In this document: positions 12,729 through 26,600 of the stretch, piece by piece
Layout: each line of letters starts with the position of its first letter
Numbering within the stretch: position 1 is the first letter of the stretch
Source: Chromera velia
Lineage: Eukaryota
Assembly (NCBI GenBank): GCA_018398765.1
Contig: JAHBMJ010000118.1
Coordinates: 1 to 56,080, forward strand
Length of the DNA stretch: 56,080 nucleotides
Direction: 5' to 3'
Notes under the pieces: model-generated
Seen by the model: only the letters and a program-made list of their open reading frames with translations
Databases searched by the model: none
Told to the model about the DNA's origin: nothing
Translations under genes and position numbers: made by a program

Positions 12729-13677
12729 AGGGTGGGGAAGGGTGTACCGCCGTGGAGGGGCTTGAAAGAGTCAAAATGACGGCTTTACAGGCATTGTGCC
12801 TTTCACCTCTCCCTTTTGTCTTTCTATCGTGCCGTTGAATCCACAAATGATAAGCTGCGCATTGAAAGCGATCGATAAGTTTGCTTTTAGAATCGAGTAG
12901 AATCGACTAACAGGAAAAAACAGAATCTTCAGATAAACTAGGTTAAATCCACCCTAATCCGCCCCTTATGTATGGGGACGCGGTATGCACAACAAAACCG
13001 TCAATCATCACTCTACTTTTTTCACACTATATCTTTAACATATGCATTCGGTTCAGTCTAGAAGTTCAGCGTCAAAACTTAATTAGGCTCTCCATCATCA
13101 CTTTAGTTCCTTAGTGATTGTTCTGGACTGTGGGTTGGGGATAGTTGGGGGCGCTGAGTTGGTGCCCGGCTGCGTGCTCCCCCGGAACACTTCGCGCCGT
13201 TCGAGCTCGAGCCCGAGCCGCGCGGGGGCATGCAGCTATGCCGTGCAGATACGTGCAGGTGTTGAATCCTTTGATTGACGTGCCAACATGATCCAACATG
13301 TGCCAACCCGTTGTTACCATTTGTTGCAGTAAATGGAATGATGTAAAATCATGTTTCACAGAACTGTATATAAGACCACAGGATGCCTATTTACTGTTCT
13401 GCATGAACCAATAGATGTGATTGTGATTGTGTACCCGTTCCCATAAGCCAGACGATCTCGTGCCAACTTCTGGTCTTCCAGTCCGAGGATTCCCCTCCCG
13501 TCTCCTTCTGACAGTTCTGACACCCCCCATTCGTCAGAAAAGAGACGCAGAAACGACTCACACGCCTGCGGAGCTCGAGACCAGCTCCTTTGAAAATCTG
13601 ACGAGAGTGGGCAGCACTCTGCCCCTTTCATTCAGAGGTGCACGAATAGAGTGGGAGACGCGTAGACGGCCAGCACA

Positions 13678-14160
13678 ATGTTGACAGTGCAGAACGCGCT
13701 GCAGACGTCTGTCGTCTGTACGTTCGTTCTTTTTTTGAAGCTCCTGTTCAGTAATCTGTATCTGGGGCACACGAAAAATAAGGCGGGGACGAGGGTGGCA
13801 GAGGACACGTATCAGGAGCAGGGCGGAAATCTGACAGCGGACGAGCATGAGAGACGGAAAGAAGCCCAGGATAGGGCACAGAGAGTCGTGTCCAATGACC
13901 TGGAGAATATTCCGATCGGCCTTTTGGTCGCGTGGGGGTCTTTTGATGCGATTTCATACAGCGTTGTGGCAATGGGGAACGAACTTGAAGCTGCGATTGG
14001 CGCCTTCATAGCCCTCCTCGCAGTCTTCACGGGTTGCAGGGTTCTTCATACGGCCATGTACATGAGTGGAATAGGTTTAGCACGAAGTCTTGTCTATCTA
14101 ATAAGCATTTTGTCCCTTCTGGGTCTGGTGATCCTCTCTATGTACGCTGCCTTCAAGTAA
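13678..14160 (+). CDS. MAPEG-family membrane protein (microsomal glutathione S-transferase / prostaglandin E synthase-like), intronless
   Basis: 160 aa from ATG to TAA with four hydrophobic segments. Motifs LFLKL, R.AED, RAQRVVSNDLENIP and RVLHT..Y are typical of MGST1/PTGES. Confidence 0.88.
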   Translation: MLTVQNALQTSVVCTFVLFLKLLFSNLYLGHTKNKAGTRVAEDTYQEQGGNLTADEHERRKEAQDRAQRVVSNDLENIPIGLLVAWGSFDAISYSVVAMGNELEAAIGAFIALLAVFTGCRVLHTAMYMSGIGLARSLVYLISILSLLGLVILSMYAAFK

Positions 14161-15175
14161 ATGGGTGAAGAGAGAAGGGGGGGGAGAAGAGAGGAGAGAG
14201 TGGTTTGATACGGGGAGAGGCCCTGAATGATCTTTGCCGGATTCAATGGGAATGGGGTGAATGGAGATTCACACAAGTTTGCTTGAAGGAGGAGTCGGGG
14301 NNNNNNNNNNNCANGAGAGGATCAATCATTGCATCTGATTAGGAGGATACGATGAATGCAGCGATCGAAGAACCCTCGTGGTGAATCTGTCTCTGCTCAT
14401 CGAGGTACAACAAAAAGGAATGAGAAGGGGGGGGGTTTCTCGGTCTGCCATGAATTGATTGCTGATTGATTGATTGATTGTTTGTGTGTACAGACATGAT
14501 CATTGGTGCAGATGTGAATGATTGAAGGGTGTCTGTCGCTCCTTCTCTTCTTTTGTCACGCGGTGTTTCCCTTTCTTTCCGGCCTTTCTTTCCCGCTGTT
14601 CCTTCTTTCGCGGTCAGTCAGTCACTCCATGTCACCATGGTGCCTTCCTTCATCTGCCTGCCTGCCTGCATTCGTTTGGTCGACTCAATTGGATTCGACA
14701 CAGTGTACTTAAATAGTGAATTAATTAATCAATTGTCTGACTGAACAGTGGCCTGCCAGTGACCGTATCAATTCTCCAATTACTCAGGCAATACAAACAA
14801 GCAAGCGAGCGAGACCTCCCTTCCGGACCCTATCGGGGAGGGGCACCAGATCGAAAGAAAGTTCCCGACAACAAAGCAAATTCAGAAACGCTGCAGCCAC
14901 ATCTGTCGAGGTCATGTTGATAATTATCAGACCATTCTTATTCATTCATGCATGCAGACATTCATTTGCATTCATCCATCGGATGAGCAAGCTGATACCT
15001 TGATGGAATCAATAGAGCCCATTCGATCGTCTCTTTTTTCTGTCTGTCTGTATGCCCCCCTCTCTTGTTCTGCCGTCTTCCTCTTCCTCCTGCTTCTTGT
15101 TGTCTTCGTCCCCCTTCCCATCATCCCCTGCCCCCCTGTGTATATTTGTGTCCCTGCCTGCCTGCCTGCCTGCCT

Positions 15176-15260
<85 letters not shown>

Positions 15261-15411
15261 TTGCCTTTCTTTTTGGTTATTTGTGGGGAAAGAAAAAGAA
15301 CGGTCATGAAAAGAGTTGTCTGCATGTGAAGAGAGGAAGGTGGGAAAAGCAAATGACGGCTTGTCTCTCTGTCTGTCTGTCTGTCTGTCTGCCTGTCTGT
15401 CTGCCTGTCTG

Positions 15412-15456
<45 letters not shown>

Positions 15457-16201
15457 GTAGCTCTCCCTCTCTCTCTCTCTGTCTGAAAAATAGAAGCAAA
15501 AGAAACTTGTTGTATGTCGGCACTGACTCGGCAGCATGTAGCCTGTCTGTCTGCGCGTCTATCCGTTTTGACTGGTGAGTCAAGAAAAGAAAAGAAAATC
15601 ATTAATCGTTTTCTCCCTAATGCTACTCTGTTTTTCTTTCGCTTATGGCCCTAGTTGTGGCCTTTTCTTTGTTCATCGTCCTGCTTGTCTTCCTTCCTTT
15701 TTTCCGTGCTTCCTGTATCTTTTTGCTTCCTTAGCTCCTTCTTCTGAGTCTTTTCTTTATTTTTTTATTCTCTGTTTTTTTTCTATAGTTTTTTTGTTTT
15801 TTATCTTTCTCCATTTATCTATTGATTTCTCTGAATTTTCTCGATTTGACATGTAAGAAAATTCCAGCTATAGACTGTCTAGACAAAATTTGATTGATTT
15901 TAAAAATTATGATTGACTCAGTGTTTTTTTGCAATTATGCCCTGCAACTGGCTACAAGTTTGAGTAATTCAGGTCAGGAATTTATTAAGTAGTAATTTAG
16001 CTTAGAAATTTAGAGGAATTTTAAAAGTAATTTAAAATAGTAAACTATAAAGTAATTTAGAAAGCTAAATTACTAATTTTGGTTAAATATGGTTTAACTT
16101 AATTTGGATGTCGATTTTTGGTAAACTACAAAGAGTTAGACGTTCAAACTGAAAGCGCTTATAAGTCTACATAAGCGCTATAAGCAAAGTGGCAACATAA
16201 T

Positions 16202-17607
16202 TTAAGTGGACTGCAAACCATGCGGCAGCCAGTGCGGCAGCAGATCCTCAATCATTTTGCGGACCTGCGCCTGAATGGAGTTTGGAAGAGCAGAAGCTAA
16301 ACTCACTAGGCTGCCAGTGGTCCATTGCAAGGCCTCAGAGGGCAACAACCGTCCACCGTTCTCAAGCAGGCATTTGGCGACTTCCCACTCATCGCTCTCA
16401 ATTGCAAGCAGAAGGAGACTCTGCCCCCCATTTTCTCCCTCTTTTTTTTCACGTTTCGTGCATCTGTTACGAGACGGCAACCGTCCCACTCTCTTCTCGG
16501 CTTGGTTGACAGGGACGCCCCGCCCGATGAGGGCTATAGCCCCCTCGGTCCATCTGTGCCGTATGGCCATGCTGAGGGGTGAGGACTCAGGCGGACGTAC
16601 GGGAGCGGGACAGTCACTATCAGCAGACGAGTCGGATTCGGATTCTCCTGAGGGTACAGACGCATCCTCATCGCTGTCGGAATCCACATCCATCCCAGCG
16701 GCGGCGGCGGCGACCGCAGCGGTCGGAGGCGCAAGTGGTACTCCTGGTGCTCCTGTTGGAAGGTCAGCAGAAGCAGGAGCAGCTGCGGGTCCGTTCGGAC
16801 TGTCCTTTCTGTGAAGGCGGCTGAGATGAACTGAGCGAATGATTCCGAGCAGAATGTCTCCCCTGGACTCTCTCACATCACAAATCAACTGAGTCAGTCA
16901 TGAACAGGGCGAGTGGAGCCGGAGGGAACTCGGGGAATGGCCGCCTGGACCTGTCTGCTGCACAAAGCGAAACTTAGAGAGAAACTCAGGCCGGCCCCCA
17001 TCTGCACACATGCAGAGAGAACATGAAAAAAAAATGACTAGCACTCTTTGTTTCAGCTGACAGAGAGGTCTGGGGGATCTTTCGGAAGCTGAATCGGTAC
17101 ACGTGCACAGCCATTGGGGTATGAGTGAGTCGCTCGGGGGTGTCTGAAATACGACAGACAAATAAACAATGGGATGGACAGGTCATGTGAAGAGAACACG
17201 GAAACGATTCCTTCGATTCCTTTTCATTTTGCGACTGGACGTCAATACATCATCGGCAAGATCCGACGATGGCCGGATGAATGGATGGACAGGCAAAAAC
17301 ACAAACAATGCAGTGAGAACGAAATCAGATCAATTCCCCAAGCAGTTCGAAACTTCACCTCAATCGAGGCAACATCTCTTCTGCAGCACTGAACCAAAAT
17401 GCAAAAGCGAGGGTTGGCTGATAGATCTCTTGCCTCCACAAAGAATTCAGAAAGAAAAGAAAGAAAGAAAGAAAGAAAGGAAGAAAGGAAGCAAGCAAGC
17501 AAGCAAGGAAGGAAGGAAGGAAGGAAGGAAGAGAGAAAGAAAGAAAAGAAAGAATGAATGAATGAATGAATGAATGAGTGAATGAAAGAAAGAAAGAAAG
17601 AAAGAAG

Positions 17608-17645
<38 letters not shown>

Positions 17646-17647
17646 AG

Positions 17648-17731
<84 letters not shown>

Positions 17732-17861
17732 GGAAGGAAGGAAGGAAGGAAGGAAGAGAGAAAGAAAGAAAAGAAAGAAAGAATGAATGAATGAATGAAA
17801 GAAAGAAAGGAAGGAAGGAAAGGAAGGAAGGAAGGAAGGAAGGAAGGAAGGGAAGGAAGAG

Positions 17862-17904
<43 letters not shown>

Positions 17905-20794
17905 CCATCTGGCCGACCAACCTCAACGAGAGCGACCACAAGCTGCCACTGCGTGACCAATGATGCCTCCGAGTCGTCGCGTCGGAACTCCCTATCCCAA
18001 AGGACAAACCCAAGAGGAATCTCGAGGTTTCCCCTTCTCACGTTCCGTTCCCCCCCCCCATCTCTATCTGTGTGCAGAATTCCCATCCCGTTCGGATCTG
18101 CCCCCCCGTTTTGGCACATCTGCCGCACCATCTCAACGTCCTTCAACAGGAGTGCGCCCAGCAAGGGAGAGGCCCGAGAGGGGCGACGAAAAGGTCTAGG
18201 AGGGGGTGGGGGCCCCTGCTCAGAATCGGATGCAACAGCCACCCCTGTGCCAGGAGCAGAGGAGAGCCCTGACGTGGCTGGAGTCACTTCAGAAGCAGAA
18301 GTACTGACACTGGCAGAAGCAGCAGTGCCCGTCCCAGCAGTGCCTGCTGTGCCTCGGGCGACTGTGCACACTGCATGGGGGGGAACCTCAAGACGGGGGC
18401 ATCGCGCCCCTCTGTCGATCAGGAGACGGAAGATGCGGGAGGTGAGGGTGGACGCTTGACGGCAGGCCTTTGCGCCGCTGAAGGGGAAACTGAGGGCAAA
18501 CTTTTCGGAGGCTGCCTGCAACGGCACATCAACGACCTCGTGCACAGTGAATGCACCAGAAGAGACATTTGCTACGGGATGAGTATGCGGATTTTGGGGG
18601 ACGTGCAATCGCTTGACTCTCCTTGTGTTCGGACAGGCACCGCCACTAAGGAGCCGGTTGACAGATTCGACTGCAAAAGCCTCAATTGCAGAAAAAAGTG
18701 GAATGACAGCTGCTGGTGGTGCCTGGTCCTGGACCGAAACGCCGTTCTGCAAAAGGAAAACGACGTTCTGATCTAATTGCTTTGAGCACGCGAGAGAGAG
18801 CGGTGTGTGCCCCATTTCTGTGACTTTGCGGAGATTTGCCCCAGCATCTTTGAGCAGTTTGGCAAACTTCAGGGCTTCTACGTCATTTTCTTTCGCCCCC
18901 TCCTCGTCCCACAGAGGAGCATCGCGGAAGGTTGTGCAGGTGACGCGGATGCTTGATGGAAAGGGTTTCTGCACATAGACACAATGCGTGTAGAGAAACT
19001 GCAAGGGAAACTGATACCCCCACCCCCCTTCCCGATCCTCCCTCAATTCGTGTTCCATCAAACCGACAGCGTTGGGGTCTGCTCCTGTCTCGCAAAGGAG
19101 ACGAGCCAGCTCCACATTCTGTGCCCCCATCACATTCAGAAGAGGAGATGCTTGGCTGAGAGGGGGGGGGGAGGATGGATCTGCAGAGTGTGGCTTTTCA
19201 CAGGGGGGAGGGGGGACCCACCGCGCTCCTCGCTCAACGAGAAGCCTCGCAACTCGCTCAGCAGAGCTGCCAGGAGTGCATCCATCGTTTTCACTCCCAT
19301 CCATTCTCCTTGGCCCAGGGGAGCGATTCCTTGTGTTAATGTGGCACACTGCCTGGAGGGGTGAGACGAGAAAGAATTTGTTTCCCCCCACCTCCTTCAC
19401 AATCCTGAGACCGTTCGGGTCTTCTCCCTTATCGAGAAGGAAGGAGACCACAGACTCAGGCCCCCCCTTTTGACAAACCTCGATCAAAGGGGATCGACGC
19501 TTTCCGGTTCTCTCCAATTCTGTGGTCATCATGTTCTTTGAACTGACTGATGCCACACTCGTGTTTGCTTTCCTCACCCTCTCCTCCCAAAGAAAACGAA
19601 CTGTCTCCTTCTTTCCTAGAAAACAGGCGAGCGACAGAGGGGTATGGCCATCCTTTCTGGCCACATCTAGATCAACTCCCACCTCTGCAAGGACACGCAA
19701 AGTTTCCGCACTTTTCTCATCTGCGTCATTTCGTTCCTCAACGTTCATCCTCCCCCTACCTCTCCCCGGGTACCCCCTCCGTAGTATCTGACTGCCTGCA
19801 GCGCAGACCGCCAAGAAAGGCAGTTTTTGTGCCCTCCTTCCCCCTGTCGGCAGGTCTACTCCCCCGGTATTCGTGTCCTGCCGCAGCAACGCTTTCAAAA
19901 CGTCTTTATCGGCAGCACATGCATTTCTCAGACTGTCACGTCCCCCCTCCCTGCTCGACCAAGAGACGCATTGGGATAAACGGCCCACCCCGCACACCCC
20001 GCTTCCCTCGCACGGGAGGCGAAACGCTCCAGTAGAGCGAGGCCCTTGTCACGTGGAAGGTTGTGGGGCCATCCCTTCGTTAGAAAGGATACAAGGGCCT
20101 GGAGGGGGCCGGGGGTGGAAACGTAAACGGCTCCACGATCCCGGTTTGTGGTCTCCTCCCACCCACACAGGTCGACACGCGCCCCTGCATCAAAAAGAAA
20201 TTCTGCACAGTCCAGCTTGCCCGCGTCAATCAGAGCGACAAGCAAGGGAACTGCCTTCCGAGGGACTGAATCCTCTCCTGAGGTGCTCACCCCGACTAGG
20301 ATGTTGGGTCGGTCTGCTCTATCGGAGCAGAGGATCCATGCATCAGGGGTGATGACTTTTGAATCAAGGAGGGACTTCAGGGATTGCCTCGTCATGAAGG
20401 AGACGGCACGGGATGAAACCTCGATTGAGGCGGTAGTGGGTCCCTTTTTGGAGAGAAAGTCGATGCACTTCTGAGAGCCGGGACTCTCTTCAAGTGCCCG
20501 TTTAAGGAGAAAGGGACACCGACCCTCTACCCCAGGTAAGGCCAGCACCTGCTGGAGGGCCTTCACATTGTCACGAAAAATGAAACCGTTCAGAGACTTT
20601 GCCAATTCTGCCCTCTCCAGGGGGTTGTCGAAGTTGGAGCACATACTCCCGAGTCCTAAAGGAGTCACATCGTTTCTCAGAGCGAGCAGTTTCTCACACA
20701 CAGCAGATACCTTCCAAAAGCCCCGAATACCCAAAATCCCATTTGCAAAAAGAATAGGAGGAATGTCCTCCTTACGAGAGGCGTTTGCTTTCAT
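16202..20794 (-). pseudogene. Long ankyrin-repeat protein gene, frameshifted near 19935 (pseudogene or assembly error)
   Basis: ATG at 20794. Ankyrin units (GHTPLSLAC twice, SPLIEVC, SPLQAVC, GADPN, SPLSMAI, QSLLLLAI) span ORF 19928-20794, ORF ~17920-19997 and a last exon 16202-16888. The first two ORFs overlap in different frames with no evident intron. Confidence 0.7.
17449..17904. repeat. AAAG/AAGG/AG/AATG compound microsatellite in an ankyrin gene intron
   Basis: Seen directly. It explains the F/L/S tail of the 880-aa ORF. Confidence 0.92.
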
Positions 20795-22019
20795 TTTCAG
20801 TCGACGATGAAAATCTCGGAAGACTCCGGAGACGGCTATGAGTGGGCCACCAATTTAAGAGCAAAAAGAAGGCTTCTTATTATTGTTACGACCCAAGAAG
20901 GGTTTTCCCAATCCAGCTTTGATCAGGACGCAGAAACACAATGCCCGCTTTCAGACGCGACAAATCATCGAACTCAAATTCTGATATATAATCCAAAAAG
21001 GGTTTCTGACAGTTTAAATGCAGCAGACATATGCAGACATTGCCAGACGTGCAGTTCCGGAGTGCACGCGGCATACCAATTGCATGGGCTCTGTATTGAC
21101 CGATTGCGCGTCCATTTTTTCACCAAAAAAAAAAAAGTGAATTAATTTTGTAAGTAATTTGTATATATTATTGTAATGTCCCTATGGGACATGCCGTGGC
21201 CCCCAGGGGTGAGATAGGGTGAGAGCACTGAGAGGTGCGTCCATGATCATGGTACATGCATGCAACAGGTTCCCCTTCATATATTAATATATGGTGTATG
21301 ACAAAACCCTCAATCACGGTTGTTGGCTGCGCAAAGGCGTAACCGCAGTATCTGTAAATGCCGTAAAGGGCCGGAGACAGCTGGACGGGCTTCAAGACGA
21401 TTGAGAAGAATAAATAAGAAGAGCTCTGCTATTAGATACGTTTGCTAATAAAAAAATTAATTATGTACAGGGACTTCGCTAACACATGGTGTGAACGTGA
21501 ATAAACATGAAAGAGAAAATAACATTGTAACCGCAGCAATATATTACTGATAAATCTTTAACAACTTATTTTTGCTTAAAAAAAAAAAAATCACAGTGCT
21601 CCCCACTTAAATCTACTTACATTTTTATTTTTTATTCACGGAGTCAATATATAGGTCTTTTACATATAGACACACATGCTGTAATGTTTCTTTCATTTAC
21701 TTTCATTTATATTTTGGCCATTCTAGTAGTAGCATAGTAGTATATGTAGTAGCCAAACATTATATACGCCTTCTATTATCAACTTGCTCTTTTAAATCAT
21801 CTAGCTGTGACTAAGACTGTGAGCTAGTCTATAAAATATTTGAACACAACGTTATACAAGTCCCAAACTACACGCTTGCTACACTTGCTGTATTAGTTGC
21901 TATAGTTGATTGTGCTCGCTTACTCACTCACCAACATACTTAGTCACTGACTCACTGAGTTATTCTTGCTTTCCTCACTAATTCACTCACTGACTGTCTC
22001 ACTTGTTCACTCACTTACT

Positions 22020-22825
22020 CCCTCATTTTCCCTGTCTCTCTTTGATCACTCACCCACATGCCCAAAGTTAACGGCTTCCATTAACACCCTCACATCCACA
22101 CGCCCGAACGGCTTTTGTTCACACACTTACTCTCTCTGTCTCTCTTTGTTTATTTCTATTTACCCACAGGCCCTAGCGGCTTAAAGTTCTGTTTACATAC
22201 TGAGTCACATTCCCTCTTAGTAACAGGCTGTCTCTATTTATTCAGGTACTCACACGCCCATGCAAATATCTTCTGCTGACATGCTTGTGCGAGTCCTTGT
22301 CCCTCTTCATTCACCTACATGCCTAACCGGCTCTTGTTCACCTAGCCTGTTCACACCGGTTCACACACTCACTTTCCTTGTCTGTGTTCATGTACCCACA
22401 CTATCGTAACGCCCCAAACGGCTTCTGTTTACACACTTGCTCTCCATATCTCTTTTCATTATTCTTCATTGATTCACTGCATGAGGCCCAAGCGGCTTTT
22501 GTTCACACACTCGCTCTCCTTGTATCTCCTTGTCTCTCTTCATTCACCCACCCACCCAAACGGTTTCTATTCACACACTCACTCTCCCTGTCTCTCTTAA
22601 TTCATCAGTAGGCCCAAGTTGCTTCTGTTCACGTACTTGATATCTCTTCATTCATCTACAGGCCTAGCCATAGGCCCGAGCGGTTTTTGTTCAATGATAT
22701 ACAATTGATCCCTCTTTATTCATCCACGGGCCCAAACGGCTCCTGTTCCTAGCTTCTGTTCACACACTCGTTCTCTTTGTCTCTCTTTCTTCACCCACAC
22801 GCCCAACCGGCTTCTGTTCACACAC
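22020..22825. repeat. Degenerate satellite (core cggcttctgttcacacactcgctctcc...ttcattcacccac..gcccaaa), left arm
   Basis: Recurrent units of about 55-70 bp that continue on the other side of the retrotransposon. Confidence 0.75.
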
Positions 22826-23058
22826 TGTTAGGGTTCGGGCCTGAGTCACCTTGGGAACCCAGGAGAAATCAGGCGGCTTCAGAGCAACCGGGGGAGCAGA
22901 AGATGCAGCTGCAGCAGAAGTTTGAGCCGACTAGCTCGCCATCAGCAAGCTCAGCGCCTTGGCCAGATCCGCCTCCAGTTTAACAATCTTCTGCTCCTAC
23001 CAGCCTGCAGTATTGGAAGCAGAAGAAGAAGACTTATTGCCCGCGTCTGAGGCACCAG

Positions 23059-23575
23059 TGTTAGGGTTCGGGCCTGAGTCAGACATCGGCGCAACAGTCT
23101 GTACACAGGAACTGAGACTGGAGGAAGTAGGCTAGGAAGCAAGCTGACAGCGCTAGGCTAAGTACAAAGCAATGATAGTAGAAGCAGCGTACTCAGAACA
23201 TTCAACGTCAAGAAGTCTGGATCTAGAAGGACTGACCTTAATCCCAGTATTCCGACTTCTATCTTCTCAATCTGTTGCCGTCTACGTTGTGTCGATCGAG
23301 AGGATGCGACTATTCGGATCGACACGTCACATGCACACAGAATCGGCTCTCTCTCAATCGGCTAATTACCGACTGTCATGAATCGGGTCTCTTCGTTCAC
23401 TGTTGTCACGAAGAGGCAATCATTCAATCATTCACGTCTGCATGTACATGAATGAAATCTGCATGCATGCATATATCGACTCGCGCATGCAAATCGTTAG
23501 ATCATCATGGGCGGCGGCGGCGGGCGTCGCGCGTGCAGTGGCCCACACGTCCGTCCACCCCCACGCGCACTAACA
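23059..23575 (-). repeat. 3' LTR (517 bp)
   Basis: Direct repeat of 28936-29452; 15 substitutions by manual alignment. Confidence 0.93.
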
Positions 23576-23688
23576 ATCACCCCCTTCATTCTGGAGGCAA
23601 CACTGCTCGATCGAAAGAACGAACACTCAAATGCAAATCAAAAAAACGAAAGCAATGAAATCATACAATCATGTATTCAAAGAAATCA

Positions 23689-26600
23689 TCATGCATTTCG
23701 CAGGAATTTAGTTTGTCTGTCTGCCCTCTGAAATCCGGTCTCTATCCAGCGAACTGCAGCCCCCAACTCAGCAAGGCATTCAAGAACGTATTCGAGCTCT
23801 CCCTGCATTCTTGGTTCTGACTTACACTGTTTAGATGCTAACTGGTGCAAGAGGGGCTTCTTTCTCCAAAGCTTACTCATGAAATGTGTGATTCTATATG
23901 CAGCTTTCACGCCCTCCCTCATTGCTAACAACTCTGCTGACGTCGTGCTCCCCAGCTTTCTCGCTTCTTTCTTGGAGTACCACGACAAGGTGTTCTCACC
24001 CCCCACCCGAGCGCCCCCACATTGCTCTGTTGCTCAGCACAGAGCGAAGGGTCAACTTCCTCTTCTGAGGGCAAAAGAAGGTCTCGCTCGGTCAGTGGCT
24101 TTCTGGACTGAGGGGGAACAGAAGAAGCGGCTTCCTGCAAGTAACTCCCTTGGTCAAGCAGCATGCGACCCTCAACCATGCGGACAGACATCCCTATGTA
24201 TGCATGAAGGGATCCATCATCCATCCTCACTGGCTCGTCCATTTCGAAAAGAGAACGAATCGCTTGCATTTCCTTCATCACGTCTGGTGCGAAAGCAAAA
24301 AGGTCGTCTACATGCATCACTAACACACCGACTGGCTTTTTGTTCTTGTCTCTCTTGACCAAAATTGATTCAGCTATCTCTTCCCATCCCAGTTCCTTCA
24401 CTCTCTTCTTGAAGTACTGTGTGTACACGCGAGGGCTATCCTTCAAGCCGTAAACAGCCTTCAGGATGCGCACACACACACCAGGACGCAAACCAGGATA
24501 GACAGAGACAGGCAAGTCAGAAGGGAGTCGAAGCCACACCTCACCATTCTTTCCATCGAGAGGGGCTTGGAGGAAAGCAGTTGAGATATCTGCCTTCGCT
24601 GCCTGAAGCCCACGAGAAAGGGCCCACACAAACGCCGCACGGGAGAGAGAGGAGCTTGCAGTGCCAGAGAAGGTTTCCAGGAAGCCGTTGTCTCTGGCGT
24701 CTTGGAAGCCCTTGGCAACAAGACGGGATTTCGTAACCTGCTCCTCCTCCTTCAGCTTCCACGTGCGTACCCACCGGAGAGTGATTGGCTTCACCCCCGG
24801 TCTCGGGTGCTGCGTCTGACTGGAGAGATCAAAGACACCACACAGAGCCCAACGCACCAATTCTTTCTTGTTGGACTCCACATGACTCCCTGCTGCAATC
24901 TCTTCTGGAGTAGCAGGGATATGTCCTTTTGCATTGTTTTCTCTCTTCATCAGTTTTTTTGCTTTCTCTGCCTTCAAAGCCATGCATACGACTTCGAAGT
25001 GTCTATCTAGCGCTTCTGCTTTCCTCACCTCTTCTCTGGCTCTTCTTTCTTTCTTTCTCTGAAAGATGATTGCTTTCTTCTCTTTCCTTCCTTTGCTTTT
25101 CTAATCGAGAAAATCTGTACGGCAGACCTCCTCTTAAATCTGCTCTACGACTGGGTCAACATCAATCGGCATGACATCGACGTCATCAGGCACAGGATCA
25201 GAAGAGACGACAGCATGGTCAGAGGATGGAAGGGACTCTGCAGAAATATCAGGAGCAGACTGAAGAGGAACAGAGGAGGAAGGAGGGTCAGATTCATCCA
25301 AACGAGAAAGAAGGTCTGCTGGAATGCCACCCCCGACAGGAGGATCGAAACGCTCTACTATATCTTGCTGCTTGACATGATGCTCGATTTCTTTCGGCTT
25401 CCATTTTCCCTTATCGTCTTTATTGAATCTGGCTACCTTCAAGCCTCGCTCTTGCTTTGCTCCTTGTCAAACAATGCGACCAGGCCAAAGGGCACCGTCT
25501 GTGTTCTTTGTTAGCACCCACCTGCCTGCTTGGCGGCGGGGATGCTCATTTCCATTTTCATCACGCAGCTGGAAAGGCTCTGTTTCTGGAAAAGAAGAAT
25601 CAGGCTCGACGTCTTCCCCCCCTGAACGCAAATCAACTGCTGGAACACCCGGACTCTCATGGTCATCATCATGGACAGATGAACGCGGCCATCCACCAGA
25701 CTCCTCTTCAACTTTCTTTTCTTTCCTTACCTCTCTCCATTTCTGTACTTCATCCACACCCAACCACTTCTCAAGCCTGACATGCTGTGGATGCATACGC
25801 AAAGGGACCCATCGACCCCCCCGCAACACAACGAGCGAACAGACCTACGGGCCCTGTACCCCCTCGAAGAGTGCTCGCTCACTCTTTGAAAGAGGGTCCG
25901 CTGAACCTGCGGGATCTATCACACGAACCTCATCCCCCATTGCGATTGGGGGCACTCCACACGCATGACCGAAAATCAAAGAATTGGGAGATATGCCTGT
26001 CTTGCTGTAAACGATATCACCTAACTGATTAGCAACGCCGGAGAGAAAGGCAGGCCAAAAAGAAAGAGGAAGATGGAGCTGAATCAAAGTCTTTCTGAGA
26101 AGAGAGATGACAGTCGAGTTCACACGTTCAACATCTGACTGAACCTCAGGGCTGAAAGGGGGACCCCTCTCATGGTGAAGACCCATGTCATCATACGCCG
26201 CTGCGTACCCAATCTCGTCTTCTTCTCCGACGAACTCACCCCCGTTGTCTGTCCGAACGATAAGGGGCTTTCCGAAACCGTGAACCTGCCATCTGCGCAC
26301 CCACTGACGAAGGTGCTGCACTGCGTGGCGCTTTCTGCGAAGTGCAAAGAGAGAAACTTTCTTGACCCCACCACAAACGATCACCGAAATGTAGCGAAAT
26401 CCTCCCACGCCTTTCGTCCGCATCTCCTTCAAGTCATGAAAGATGACTTGGTTGAAGGGGGCGCGCTCCTTTGCATGCTGCGGCTGCTTCGACTTTTCAG
26501 CTGGCTTGTCACCCTTGGCTGCGGATGAGGTTTTCTCTTCAATAGAAAAACGAACACGCTTTACTGCTTGCTTCTTCTCTCCCGACTTTTCCTTTTTCAA

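Noticed and set aside
13125..13250. GC-rich stretch with GTTCGAG resembling a tRNA T-loop
   Set aside because: No cloverleaf or acceptor stem could be built.
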